Shown piece by piece: positions 16,741 to 29,337 of a DNA stretch of 64,000 nt; within the stretch, counting starts at the first letter, position 1; the number at the start of each line of letters is the position of its first letter. Source of the stretch: Octopus sinensis (taxonomy: Eukaryota); assembly GCF_006345805.1 (NCBI RefSeq), contig NC_043023.1:11780001-11844000 (forward strand). The letters are read 5' to 3'. The notes beneath the pieces were generated by a model. The model worked only from the letters and a program-made list of their open reading frames with translations. It did no database searches and was not told where the DNA came from. Made by a program: the position numbers and the translations under genes.

Positions 16741-16778
16741 AGACAAGAAAATGCTGCTCTTAATTCCATTGTCTAGAA

Positions 16779-16979
16779 CAGTGGTTTTCAACCAGGGTTC
16801 CGCCAGTACAGTCCAGGGATTCCGCAAGAAGTTACAAAACTGCTAAAATCGACAGTAATTTTTAATTCTCCTGTGCAGATATTTGTGCATAAAACTATTA
16901 AATTATTGCGCAGGGGTTCCTCGAGCCAGTGGAATGTTTCCTTGGGGTTCCGCTCCAGCAACAAGTTTGAAAAGCACTG
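16779..16979. mobile_element. hAT (Charlie-like) MITE, 201 bp
   Basis: TIRs CAGTGGTTTTCAA / TTGAAAAGCACTG. TSD GTCTAGAA at 16771-16778 and 16980-16987. Confidence 0.92.
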
Positions 16980-17309
16980 GTCTAGAAGAAATATTTTTCC
17001 ATCATATCATAGATTTTGATTCATGAATATTTCTTTTAAATATATATAAAGAGGTCGACGTATTCACAAATGCTCCTTATAAATATATCGTCTTCCTTTG
17101 GTCAATGAATGTTGATAACAACATCGAGAACACATCGGATGTAAGAACTTCCTTTTCTGCCAACAAGGTGGGATATTCTGAAATAATACAAGAAAACTTT
17201 AAGATATTGAACAAAACCGTTACAACATTCTCATCATTTCAATACAGATTTTTCAATGCTTGCAATTATTAAGGCAGACAGGATATCTTTACATGGAAGA
17301 TTACACTTT

Positions 17310-17513
17310 ACTCTCTCTTTTACTTGTTTCAGTCATTTGATAGAGGCCATGCTGGAGCACCGCCTTTAATCAAACACATCGACCCCAGGACTTATTCTTT
17401 TGTAAGCCCAATACTTATTCTATCGGTCTCGTTTGCCGAATCGCGAAGTTACGGGGACGTAATCACAACAGCATCAGTTGTCAAGCAATGCTAGGGGGAC
17501 AGACACAGACACA

Positions 17514-17565
<52 letters not shown>

Positions 17566-17731
17566 TATATGACGGGCTTCTTTTCAGTTTCCATCTACCA
17601 AATCCACTCACAAGGCTTTGGTCGGCCCGAGGCTATAGTAGAAGACACTTGCCCAAGGTGCCACGCAGTGGGACTGAACCCGAAACCATGTGGTTGGTAA
17701 ACAAGCTACTTACCACACAGCCACTCCTGCG

Positions 17732-17768
<37 letters not shown>

Positions 17769-18291
17769 GACGGGCTTCTTTCAGTTTCCGTCTACCAAAT
17801 CCACTCACAAGACTTTGGTCGGCCCGAGGCTATAGTAGAAAACACTTGCCCAAGGTGCCACGCAGTGGGACTGAACCCAGAACCATGTGGTTGGTAAACA
17901 AGCTACTTACCACACAGCCACTCCTGCGCCTATATATATATATATATACATACATATATACAACGGGCTTCTTTCAGTTTCCGTCTACCAAATCCACTCA
18001 CAAGGCTTTGGTCAGCCCGAGGCTATGGTAGAAGACACTTGCCCAAGGTTCCACGCAGTGGGACTGAACCCGGAACCATGTGGTTGGTAAACAAGCTACT
18101 TACCACACAACCACTCCTGCGCCTATATATATATATATACGACGGGCTTCTTTCAGTTTCCGTCTACCAAATCACAAGGCTTCGGTCGGCCCAAGACTAT
18201 AGTAGAAGACACTTGCCAAGGTGCCACGCAGTGGGACTGAACCCAGAACCATGTGGTTGGTTAGCAAGCTACTTACCACACAGCCACTCCT
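17310..18291 (-). repeat. S1 SINE with four tandem head/core units joined by (TA)n
   Basis: Units of about 170-195 bp end at about 17733, 17930, 18124 and 18291. Confidence 0.92.
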
Positions 18292-18875
18292 GATTGGGAA
18301 CAAAACACACTGCTTGTATGACAGTGGTACTCGTTTACGACTATCACACAATATTAAGGCAAGAAGACAGCAGCACACATGCATACACATATAATTATAT
18401 TTAGAGATGAATTTCCTCTTTTCATATATTTGGGGATGGTCGTATTACTTGGTTTTCACTTTAACATTATTATTATTTTTCGTTTTCAGATTTGGTTTGC
18501 AAGATTCTTTATATGAGTTTGTGTGTTGAAGCATATTCTGTTGTGTCTGGGGAGAGTCATTCTCTTTTTGCGTCATTTGCTTCCACGGAAACACCCGAAG
18601 TGAAATGTTTTGATTTTGTCGAGTTATATCGAAAGAATGCCGTTTAAATTTCATTTCATCTCCATAGGCGTGTCTTGGGGGACACCCTGCTGTTCTTCGT
18701 TTTATTGTTAATTCTAACGAAATACTTCCAGATCATCAGATAAAATAGTAATTCAACATTGCAAATATTACAGCATCAACACTGTTTTATTGTGAATTAT
18801 TGTGAATTACATTTCGTTTTCGGATTTGGTTTGCTCGATTCTTTAAATGAGTTCGTGTGTTGAAGCATATTCTGT

Positions 18876-19085
18876 TGTGTCTGGGGAGAGTCATTTTCTT
18901 TTTGTGCCTTATAATTTAACACACACACCAGTAAAATTTCCACTTGACTCAAGATTATTGAAAAGGTTGCAAGATGCAACGAAAATTTTCGAAAGAAAAA
19001 AAAAGAGAAATAAATGGAAATTTTACAGGTGCGTGTGTTTTTATTATAAGGCACAAAAAGAAAATGACTCTCCCCAGACACAACT
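18876..19085. repeat. Small foldback (MITE-like) repeat
   Basis: GTTGTGTCTGGGGAGAGTCATTTTCTTTTTGTGCCTTATAA at 18876 is inverted at 19045-19085. A related segment occurs at 18478-18570. Confidence 0.7.
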
Positions 19086-19422
19086 TAAAGGAAATATTTG
19101 TCAACTTACGGTTTAAGCTGGCCTCAGAAACAAACAGGACAATATTAATGACTGTGGTATTCTTCAATCGGTTTCATCGCATTTTATTTATTAATTACGC
19201 AGTTTTACTCGCATTTTACCAATTTATTTCCTTTATATCACATATAAAAGTCGATCGTAGGTTTTCCTAAAAAAAACAGATCAACATTTCAGTTTGGAAG
19301 TTATTATTTAAGACGAGCAAATATATTTTCCTAATGTTATGTATTCGCTTCAAAATAATTACTTAACATTAAAAGGTTCACATAATTCTATTACTTACAT
19401 TATTATTAGAAGTAGTAATATC

Positions 19423-19584
19423 GAATCTTTTCGGTTTGACCGGCAGATTTTTCTAGTGGTGTCATATGAAATTGTCACCCATAATTATGACCCTAGAATC
19501 GATCTATTGCGTTTCAATCTGCTTTAGGGTTAGGATTAGGGGTAAAATTATTTTTTAAAATTGCCGTTCAAACCGAAAACATCC
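19423..19584 (+). mobile_element. Internally deleted MITE M1
   Basis: Both terminal repeats present. Decayed TSD GTAATATC / GTAAATC. Confidence 0.8.
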
Positions 19585-19965
19585 GTAAATCTGTATCGAC
19601 TTACCGTTTCATCAATGCCTCGTAAACAACATGACAAAAGAAATTAACGTGGTATTCGTCAATCGGTTTCATTTTACTAATTAATTACGCCGCTTTACTC
19701 TAATTATACAAATTAATTTCCTATATATCACATGTAACAGTTGATAATAGGTTTTCATAAACAACAGATCAACATTTCAGTTTGGAAGTTATTAATTAAG
19801 ACGAGCAAATTATATTTTCTTAATTGTTGTCAGGTTCCCTCTTCGAAAAATAATTACTGTAACATCGAGAGGTTCACAGAATTCTGTTTATTCACATCAT
19901 TATTATTATTAGTAGTAGTAATAGTATCACCTTTACAGCCTTAAAGGAAATCTTTATCAACTTAC

Positions 19966-20096
19966 CGTATTCACAAATAAGGAACGAGTCAGCGAATCAG
20001 TAATTAAGCACCTTAATTAAGAATTTAATTGTTGAACCGGTGTAGAAGTTATTTGTCTTCATAAGGTTGTACTTCTTTAATTCTCCACTAGATGGC
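19966..20096 (-). promoter_or_regulatory. First exon and CTCF-like motif of gene B
   Basis: CCACTAGATGGC at 20085-20096 (12/12 match to CCASYAGRKGGC). Donor GAATACG/GTAAGT at 19966/19965. The exon aligns with 342-467. Confidence 0.65.
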
Positions 20097-20166
20097 TCTA
20101 CTGACTGTGTCTTCCTTTGTCCCATTCTTTCACCAGATTATTCTAACAAAGTGTAGCCACATATTC

Positions 20167-20914
20167 GGATCTTTTCCTTTTGACCGGCAGTTTTCAACAC
20201 AATTTCTAGTTAACTAAACACGTTTAAACTTCGTATACTGGTAGAATGTGTTTATAAAACATCTTTTTCTCTTGGCTTTATTAAGAAAATTCTATAGTTT
20301 GTAACATATTTGTTTATTTTTTTCTTCAATTTTTGCAATTTCAACCAATCAATGACGTCTATTGGGGTGAAAACATTCTGTGCCGTATGAATATGTCCCT
20401 CGTTTAAGAAACAGATTGGGTTTATTTACATTTGTGAAGAAAAAAAGATACCCTTCCCCCCACCACTAACCCTAAAACAGATTGAAATGCAATAGATCGA
20501 TACTAGAGTCATAATTATGGGTGACATTTTCATTTGACACCGCTAGAAAAAAATCCCATTTTCCGTAGCGGTGTCAAATGAAATTGTCACCCATAATTAT
20601 AACCCTAGTATCGATCTATAGCATTTCAATCTATTTTAGGTCTAGGTTTAGAGTTAGGGTTAGGGGTGGGGGAAGGGTATCTTTTTTTTCTTCAGAAATG
20701 TAAATAAACCCAATCTGTTTCTTAAACGAGGGACATATTCATACAGCACGGAATGTTGCTTACGTCAATGGAGGTCAGCAATTGGTTAAAATTGCCGAAT
20801 TTTCTCAATAAAGCCAAGACAAAATGATGTCTTATAAACACATTCTACCAGTATTAAATGTGTTTAGTTAATTAGAAATTGTGTTGAAAACTGCCGTTCA
20901 AGAGGAAAAGATTC
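20167..20914. mobile_element. Head-to-head inverted dimer of MITE M1
   Basis: 20167-20555 is M1 reversed and 20556-20914 is M1 forward. Right ends face outward. Confidence 0.88.
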
Positions 20915-20948
20915 AAATAACATTCTGTGCATTTATATATATAGAGAC

Positions 20949-21288
20949 TAGCACTAATACCCAGTAACGCTGGTTCATAGTGCTAGTGCATGCATATACA
21001 GCTGCGTGCGTGCACACATACACATGAGAACTGTCCAAATCTCTGACCAATCACATACAGCTAGCTGGCATTTTGATTAGGTTTTGGATAGAAATTCACA
21101 AAAAAGTCACTTCTATTGAATTTTCAATGGCTTTGCGGGGTGAGTGGGAAAATGTAAAGATATGCACAACCACCCTTGGCCGGTTTTGAATGACCAGAGA
21201 AAGTGCAAGCCCTCTAACTTAAAAATTGTGGATTTGTATAAAGAACACACACACAGACAGACATTTTGCCGTTTATATATATAGAGAT
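20949..21288 (+). mobile_element. Helitron/Helentron-like non-autonomous element
   Basis: Starts ACTAGCACTAATACCC and ends CAGACAGACATTTTGCCGTTTATATATATAGAG, resembling HINE-type elements. A similar start occurs at about 60105. Class assignment is inference. Confidence 0.4.
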
Positions 21289-21289
21289 T

Positions 21290-21470
21290 CTTTATTAACA
21301 AATTCAAGTATACTACAAAATTTCCAGTAATGAAGTTGTCTCAGAGTAAATATTTTTACAGATGATGACAAATTTGAGATTGACATTGACAATATTGAAG
21401 ATGATGAAGGGAAAAAACATTGTGTTTTAGCAGACAAAATAGTTTTAATTGTTGTCATGTAAAAAATCTT
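21290..21470 (-). terminator. 3' trailer of gene C
   Basis: Homologous to the other trailers (TTTGTCTGCTAAAA... on the gene strand). Confidence 0.55.
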
Positions 21471-21477
21471 CACATGG

Positions 21478-22197
21478 GTGCTGGAGTGGCTGTGTGGTAA
21501 GTAGCTTGCTTACTAACCACATGGTTCCAGGTTCAGTCCCACTGTGTGGCACCTTGGGGAAGTGTCTTCTACTATAGCCTCGGGCCGACCAAAGCCTTGT
21601 GAGTGGATTTGGTAAACGGAAACTGAAAGAAGCCCGTCATATATACGTATATATATATATATATATATATATAGGATATCTGTCATTCTTGCTAGAAAGA
21701 GCAGTTAAAAACTCCAAGCCACCAATTGTTGTAATTCCGAAAGTGATTGGAAAAACAATTGGTGGCTTGGTGTTTTTAACTGCTCTTTCTAGCGAGTCAG
21801 ATATCCTATTCTTTGGGTATCTCTTTTGTGTTTGAACGTACACTGTATTCTTCTTTGAATAATACATAGTCTATTGACTAATTTTTTCCTTCTCGCTAGA
21901 CTACTGGTGACTAAGAATTTTTCTATGAATATTCTTGCTACCCTAAGATTTTAATTAACAATAAAATGTATATATATATATATATGTGTGTGTGTTTGTG
22001 TGTCTGCGTTTGTCCCCACCAACATCGCTTGACAACTGATGCTGGTGTGTTTGCGTCCCCATGACTTAGCGGTTCGGCAAAAGACACCGATAGAATAAGT
22101 ACTAGGCTTACAAAGAATAAGTCCTGGGGGTGATTTGCTTGACTAAAGGCGGTGCTCCAGCATGGCTGCAGTCAAATGACTGAAACAAGTAAAAGAC
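21478..22197 (+). mobile_element. S1 SINE split at its (TA)n by an unrelated insert of about 300 bp
   Basis: Head at 21478-21670, tail at 21965-22197. Confidence 0.8.
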
Positions 22198-22399
22198 TAT
22201 TTGTTAGTGAAAACCTGTGTGTATACAGATGTGGCTTTTTTGAGAGAATGATTTGCCACACACGTTACGCTGAAATGGTTTCCCTCCTGTAAGAATGCAG
22301 TTTATTCAATTGCATGAACTAAATGTCAGAGGGGGATGGGATAAACTACCTGCATGAACTTCTAGAAAAGCAGGTAGTAATTTTACCTTGTGCTTGTTC

Positions 22400-23267
22400 T
22401 TAGTGCAAGTTCTGAAGAGTGCAGTTCAATTTTAACAGTTATTTTTTCAAAGCTGTAATAGAAGTGCCAAAAGAGAATATTCGGCATATTTTGCTTTATG
22501 AATTCAGTAAAGGCGACAATGCAACAGAAAATGTGAGGAATATAGCCATTTTTGTCTCCAGTCCTCATTCAAATCGTCCAACCCATGCTAGCATGGAAAG
22601 CGAATATTAAACAATGATGATGATGATGACAGGGATCAAACAATAAGCGTAAGTCAATGTCAACGGTGGTTCCAGAAATTCCGAGCTGGAAGTTACAGCC
22701 TAGAAGACGAGCCTTGTCTTGAATCTGTAGAGCTTGATAAGGACATCCTGATAATCCTGGTGGGACAACATCCCATTGTAACTGTTGAAGAATTAGCAGA
22801 GGAGCTTGGATTTGGTCATTCAATCACTTGTCAACAACTGCACTAGAAGAAAAACGACCATCTTTGGTTCCAGGAGGAAAGGTGTTCTTACATCAGGATA
22901 ATGCTCAGCCACATACAGCAAAGATGACATTCCAAAGGCTGGAGCAGTTTGAATGGGAAACAATGCCCCACTCACAACATTCAGCAGACATTGTCCCATC
23001 TGATTATCCTTTATTCTGCAGTCTTCAAATTCATTTAGGCAGAAAAAAATATGAATTCTGTAAACAAGGTCAAAGCAGTGCTGGAGGAGTATTTTCTGTC
23101 ACAGACAAGTGAATTTTGGAAGAGGGGCCTTGGAAATCTATCAGACAGATGGAGGAACATTGTAGAAATGAAGGAGAGTATATTTTAGATTAAAAAAGAA
23201 CTTTATCTGAATTTTGAAAAATATAAAAAGTATAAAAACACTGCATTATTTATGGGATGGCCCAATA
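22400..23267 (+). mobile_element. Internally deleted mariner element
   Basis: EVPKENIRHILLYEF, then FLHQDNAQPH...SADIVPSDYPLF. Mariner-like right TIR ending CCCAATA at 23267. Confidence 0.85.
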
Positions 23268-23344
23268 GGTTTAAGTTAGGTCTATGAGAGAATGGTTTAC
23301 CACAAATACGACCATGACATAGTTTCTCTCTTGCATAAATACGT

Positions 23345-24190
23345 TTGTGTATAGATACTCGACAGAGTGTAAGTACCTTGAGAGAAAAGCTGGACCTAAG
23401 AAGCATCATTTGTGGTGTGCAAGAGAGACGTTTGGGCTGGTATGGTCATGTGGTGAGAATGGAAGAAGATAGTTGTGTGAAAAAGTGCCACACCCTAGCA
23501 GTTGAGGGAACCCGTGGAAGAGGCAGACCCAGGAAAACTTGGAACGAGGTGGTGAAGAACGACCTTTGAACTATAGGTCTCACCGAGGAAATGACCAGAG
23601 ACCGAGACCTTTGGAAGTATGCTGTGCGTGAGAAAACCCGGCAGCACAAGTGAGACCATAACCTGTGGCCTCTACATGGGATGTAGTCAGTCCACTTATG
23701 CATACCTTTCCTTCTTGTGACACAAACCCTACTTGTGAAGACCTGTTGAGGCAAGTGAAAATGAAAATCGAATCGATCAACATCAATGGAAATTGCAGCT
23801 GTGATACCAGTGCCAGTGGCACGTAAGAAAACCATCCGAACGTGGCCATTGCCAGCGCCGCCCCGACTGGCCTCGTGCCGGTGGCACGTAAAAAGCACCA
23901 TCCGATCATGGCCGTTTGCCAGCCCCGTCTGGTACCTGTGCCGGTGGCACGTAAAAAGCACCCACTACACTCACGGAGTGGTTGGCGTTAGGAAGGGCAT
24001 CCAGCCGTAGAAACATTGCCAGATCAGCCTGGGCCTGGTGCAGCCTTCTGGCTTCCCAGACCCCAGTTGAACCGTCCAACCCATGCTGGCATGGAAAGTG
24101 GACGCTAAATGATGATGATGATGATGATGATAACTACACTCACCGAGTGGTTGGTGTTAGGAAGGGCATCCAGCTGTAGAAACACTGCCA
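23345..24190 (+). mobile_element. RTE-clade LINE 3' end
   Basis: RRLGWYGHVVRMEE...GRGRPRKTW, then 3' UTR ending GGACGCTAAATGATGATGAT. Confidence 0.88.
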
Positions 24191-24599
24191 AAATCAAAAC
24201 ATTTCATTTTGGGTATTTCCCTGGAAGCAAATGACAGTTCGATTCTGTATTCTGCTTGGAAATTTGCGGATTTTACATACACACCTGAAACAGGTAAGAA
24301 CAAATATGCAAGGCTTTTTTTCTTCAAGTTTAAAATGAAATCTTTATTATGATCTTACAGAGAAAGGGACATTACAAGACAAACAAAAACAAAAAATGTT
24401 ACATGATTTCGATTGAGCATTATGTTAAAAATTTACTTAAAAAATATTTTATATAACTATTAATTTTTCCTAGAGCCTGGTACAGCCTCCATGGCTTACT
24501 AGACCCCAGTCGAACTGTTCAACTCATGCTAGCATGGAAAACGGACGTTAAACGTTGATGATGATCATCATAAAACCTCATTTTCAATAAATCAAATTA

Positions 24600-25113
<514 letters not shown>

Positions 25114-25432
25114 AGTTAAGCTCAGGTTAAGTTAATTTTTTGGTTCAAAAAGCAAAAAGCAAGGCCATGTAGGGGGACATGGAGTTATGTACAGGGAGGG
25201 TGTTCATGCAAAGAGTTCAGGACATTTCTGGTCAAGAGAGACTTTGAACTGAGCGGTCGTCAGCATCTTCATTATCTCCTCCGGCAACTTATTCCACGGA
25301 TCCGCAACCCGGACGGAGAAAGCCCCTCTCCTTTGATTGAGATGAAATCGTCGCAGATAGAGCTTTTTGGAGTGACCCTGCAGCCGACGCTCAGGAGCAG
25401 GAGTGAAGAACAGCTCTTTTGAGAGGTTACAT
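25114..25432 (-). mobile_element. CR1-like LINE 3' fragment inserted in a finger of gene C
   Basis: LQGHSKKL...FSVRVADPWNKLP. Flanked by AGATAT at 25108-25113 and 25433-25438 (probable TSD). Confidence 0.85.
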
Positions 25433-25445
25433 AGATATTGCAATG

Positions 25446-27029
25446 TTATGGATTCTCCCCTGTATGTGTATGTCTGTGTCTAGTTAAGTGACACCTAACA
25501 GCGAAGGATTTACCACAGATATCACAGTGATATGGCTTTTCTCCTGTATGTGTACATCTGTGTATAGTCAAGTGACTATTACGAGAGAATGATTTACCAC
25601 AGATATCACAGTGATATGGTTTTTGCCCCGTATGAATGAATTTGTGTGTAGTCAAATTACCATTCTGAGTAAATGATTGACCACAGATATCACAATGGTA
25701 CGGTTTTTCACCTGTATGTGTACATTTGTGTATAGTCAAGTGACTATTACGAGCGAATGATTTACCACAGATATCACAATGATATGGTTTCTCTCCTGTA
25801 TGAACACGCTTGTGTCTACTCAGCTCACAACTTTGTGAGAAAGATTTACCACAGATATCGCAATGGAACAGCCTCTCTCCTGTGTGAGTATGTTTGTGTC
25901 TAGTTAAATGAAATTTAACAGAGAATGATTTACCACAGATATCACAGTGATATGGCTTTTCACCTGTATGAATGGTTCTGTGAGTCGTCAAATTACTAAT
26001 TTCAGTGAAGGATTTACCACAGACATCACAATGGTGTGGTTTCTCACCTGTATGTGTAAGATTGTGTCTAGTTAAGCTACATCTAACAGAGAATGATTTA
26101 CCACAGATATCACACTGATATGGATTCTCACCTGTATGAACACGTTTGTGTATTCTCAGGTTACCGGATACAGAGAATGATTTACCACAGGTATTGCAAT
26201 GATATGGCTTCTCACCTGTATGTGTAAGTTTGTGTTTAATCAAAGCACCACTTTGAGAAAATGATTTACCACAGATATCACAACAATATGGCTTTTCTCC
26301 TGTATGTGTACGTCTATGTCTAGTCAAGTCACTACTTTGAAAGAATGATTTATCACAGATATCACAATGATATGGTTTCTCTCCTGTATGAACACGTTTG
26401 TGTCTACTCAGCTCACAACTTTGTGTGAAAGATTTCCCACAGGTATCGCAATTGAATAGCTTCTCACCTGTATATATTTGTTTGTGTTTTGTTAACTGAT
26501 ATCCAGCAGAGAACGATTTATTACAGGTATCACAACGGTACGGCTTCTCACCTGTATGTGTATGCTTGTGTATAGTTAAGCTAAATCTAACAGAAAATGA
26601 CTTTCCACAGATATCACACTGATATGGCTTCTCACCTGTATGAATTAATTTGTGAGCAGTCAAATTACTATTTTCAGTGAATGATTTACCACAGATATCG
26701 CAATGGTATGGCTTTTCTCCTGTATGTGTATGTTTGTGTCTAGTTAAGCTACATCTAACAGCGAAAGATTTACCACAGATATCACACTGATATGGATTTT
26801 CACCTGTATGAACGCATTTGTGTGTTTTTAAGTTACTGGACAAAGAGAATGATTTGCCACAGATATCACACTGATATGGCTTCTCTCCTGTATGAGTACG
26901 TCTGTGTCTAGTCAAGTCGCTCCTTTGAGAGAATGATTTACCACAGATATCACAGTGATATGGCTTCTCTCTTGTATCAGGGTTTTTTGATTTAGGTAAA
27001 TGATTCATAATGGAGAAATAATTTGTCAT
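25446..27029 (-). CDS. C2H2 zinc-finger protein C (18 fingers)
   Basis: Uninterrupted ORF. First ATG at 27029; the Met conserved with paralogs is at 27008. Fingers 2-5 resemble fingers 10-13. Acceptor at 27690/27689. Confidence 0.9.
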   Translation of the reverse strand: MTNYFSIMNHLPKSKNPDTREKPYHCDICGKSFSQRSDLTRHRRTHTGEKPYQCDICGKSFSLSSNLKTHKCVHTGENPYQCDICGKSFAVRCSLTRHKHTHTGEKPYHCDICGKSFTENSNLTAHKLIHTGEKPYQCDICGKSFSVRFSLTIHKHTHTGEKPYRCDTCNKSFSAGYQLTKHKQIYTGEKLFNCDTCGKSFTQSCELSRHKRVHTGEKPYHCDICDKSFFQSSDLTRHRRTHTGEKPYCCDICGKSFSQSGALIKHKLTHTGEKPYHCNTCGKSFSVSGNLRIHKRVHTGENPYQCDICGKSFSVRCSLTRHNLTHTGEKPHHCDVCGKSFTEISNLTTHRTIHTGEKPYHCDICGKSFSVKFHLTRHKHTHTGERLFHCDICGKSFSQSCELSRHKRVHTGEKPYHCDICGKSFARNSHLTIHKCTHTGEKPYHCDICGQSFTQNGNLTTHKFIHTGQKPYHCDICGKSFSRNSHLTIHRCTHTGEKPYHCDICGKSFAVRCHLTRHRHTHTGENP

Positions 27030-27545
27030 ATATATCACAAAGATATTGTTTTTTTCTTTTCTATGAATATGTTTGTGTTCAGGTAAGTCACTATTTTCAG
27101 AGAATAATTTAATGCTATGTTTCTTTCATTGCAGATCTTGCTTATTATCTAAAACAGCAGATGTAAACTCTCAACCTAATCGAAGGTTAATTAACGTGTA
27201 AAGTGATAATTCCGGACAGCATAGATGAAAAAAATGTTCCTTTGTGCAGAAGAAATATTTCACCAATATTTGTCATATATATGATAAAGATATTGTTTTT
27301 TTCATTTCTATGAATATGTTTGTGTTCAGTTCAGTTAATGTTTTCAGGGAATAATTTAAAGCTATGTTTTTTTCGTTGGAGATCTTTGTTATTATCTAAA
27401 ACAGCAGATGTAAACTGTCAACTCCTTTGTAATGTTATCCAAGGTTAATTAACCTGTAAAGTCATCATTCCAGACAGCAGAGATGAAAAGATGTTGCTGG
27501 TAAATTCCATTGTGCAGAAGAAATATTTCACCAATATTTGTCATA
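27017..27545. repeat. Tandem duplication (about 250 bp) in the 5' UTR of gene C
   Basis: AAAGATATTGTTTTTTT...GAATATGTTTGTGTTCAG...CAGCAGATGTAAACT occurs at about 27040 and again at about 27285. Confidence 0.85.
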
Positions 27546-27889
27546 GATTTTGCTTATATTAAGAGGTTGATGCATTGATGAATGCTCCTTATAGATATAT
27601 CGTCTTCCTTTGGTTGATGAAAGTTAATAAAAACATTGACAACACATCCAATGTAAGAAATTTCTTTTCTGCCAACAAGGTGTGATATTCTGAAATAATA
27701 CAAGAAAACCTTAAGATATTGAGGAAACTGAACAAAACGGTCATTCAACATAGCAAAAATTACAACAATAACATTCTCGTTATTTCAATGCAGATTCTCA
27801 ACTCTGAATGGTTTCCAATCAAGGTGATATTTCATAATTTCCTGGCAGGATATGTTTACATGGAAGATTGTGAAAAAAAAACACTGCTT

Positions 27890-28137
27890 GTAATTCAATT
27901 CAATTCAATTTTTATTGGCTCAAAATCCAAAAGCAAGGCCATTTAGGGGGACAGGGAGTTATGTACAGGGAGGGTGGTCATACAGAGTTCAGGCCATTTC
28001 TGGTCAAGAGGGACTTTGAACCTAGCGGTCATCGGCATCTTCACTATCTCCTCCGGCAGCTTATTCCACGGATCCGCAACCCGGACGGAGAAAGCCCCTC
28101 TCCTTCGATTGAGATGAAATCGTCGTAGATAGAGCTT

Positions 28138-28170
<33 letters not shown>

Positions 28171-28335
28171 CAATTTAATTCAGTTTTATTGGCTCAAAAA
28201 GCAAAAGCAAGGCCATTTAGGGGGACAGGAAGTTATGTACAGGGAGGGTGGTCATACAGAGTTCAGGCCGAGAGGGACTTTGAACCTAGCGGTCGTCGGC
28301 ATCTTCACTATCTTATCCGGCAGCTTATTCCACGT
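27890..28335 (-). mobile_element. Two CR1-like 3' fragments (same family as 25114-25432)
   Basis: Sequence match to 25140-25370, (TTGAA)n tails, separated by (TA)n. Confidence 0.85.
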
Positions 28336-28610
28336 TCGAACCGAAAAGATCCATTAATTTTTCCTTTAACTAAAACTTTTTTTAAATAAATAAATAATTT
28401 CGTTATATCTATCCTCCACCACCCAGGGAAATACCCGAAGTGAAATGTTTTGATTTGGTCGAGTTATATCGAAGGAATGCCAATTAATTAGACAGCATTT
28501 TTCTCATTTTACTAATTCAATTCATTTATATCACACGTAGCATAGTCTTTTATAATTAACAGATCAACTTCCCAATTTAGCAGTAATTACCAAAGACAAG
28601 GAGATATAAT

Positions 28611-28847
28611 GGTACTATGTAAGAAGAGTGGTCCCGGTGCATGTACTCGCGCATCCACGCAAGCTAGTCGATCCTAAAACGACTACCTAGCAAAGTAAGT
28701 AAAACACAAAATAAATAATCTTTTTACACAAAGTAAATAATTTTTTTTTTAAACAATGTAAATAAAACACAAAGGATCGACTAGTCACGACTATCTAGCG
28801 CGGATACGCGAGTACGCGCACCGGGACCACTCTTCTTAAATAGCACC
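28611..28847. mobile_element. Complete MITE M2 with 8-bp TSD
   Basis: TIRs GGTACTATGTAAGAAGAGTGGTCCCGGTGC / GCACCGGGACCACTCTTCTTAAATAGCACC. TSD GATATAAT at 28603-28610 and 28848-28855. Confidence 0.92.
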
Positions 28848-29337
28848 GATATAATTTCCCATTCAACATTATTATTGGTCATTTCCAATTTGATGTTCGT
28901 AAAATCAATTTTATTTTGGTTTAAATTTCATTTAATCTCGATCATAATGTCTTGGGGGACACCCTGCTGTTCCCCGTTTATTGTGAATCCCAACGAAATA
29001 CAAACAGATCAGCAGATAATCAATGAAAGCCATACAATTACGATCTTTCTCAGATCCAGCGACTTGTATTGCTTTGTGTTCCCGCCGTGGATTGTTGAAC
29101 AATTCTCAAATATGTCCAGGGCGAAACTCGATTCAAAATAACTCAAACATTTCCCACACTTTTTACTCCTTCTTCGTATAATTATGAAATTCTTTCTTGA
29201 AATAAAGTAACGAAATATTACCTGAACTTGTTGGATCGCTATGATTTTACGAACGTCAAATAGGAAATTACCTTATTATTTATCTATCTTTTTATCATTA
29301 CAGCCTTTAAATAAATCTTTGTCAACTTACCGTGTTC

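Noticed and set aside
17478-18293. Recurrent short ORFs ending CHAVGLNPEPCGW or containing YIYIYI
   Set aside because: Translations of the S1 SINE and (TA)n.
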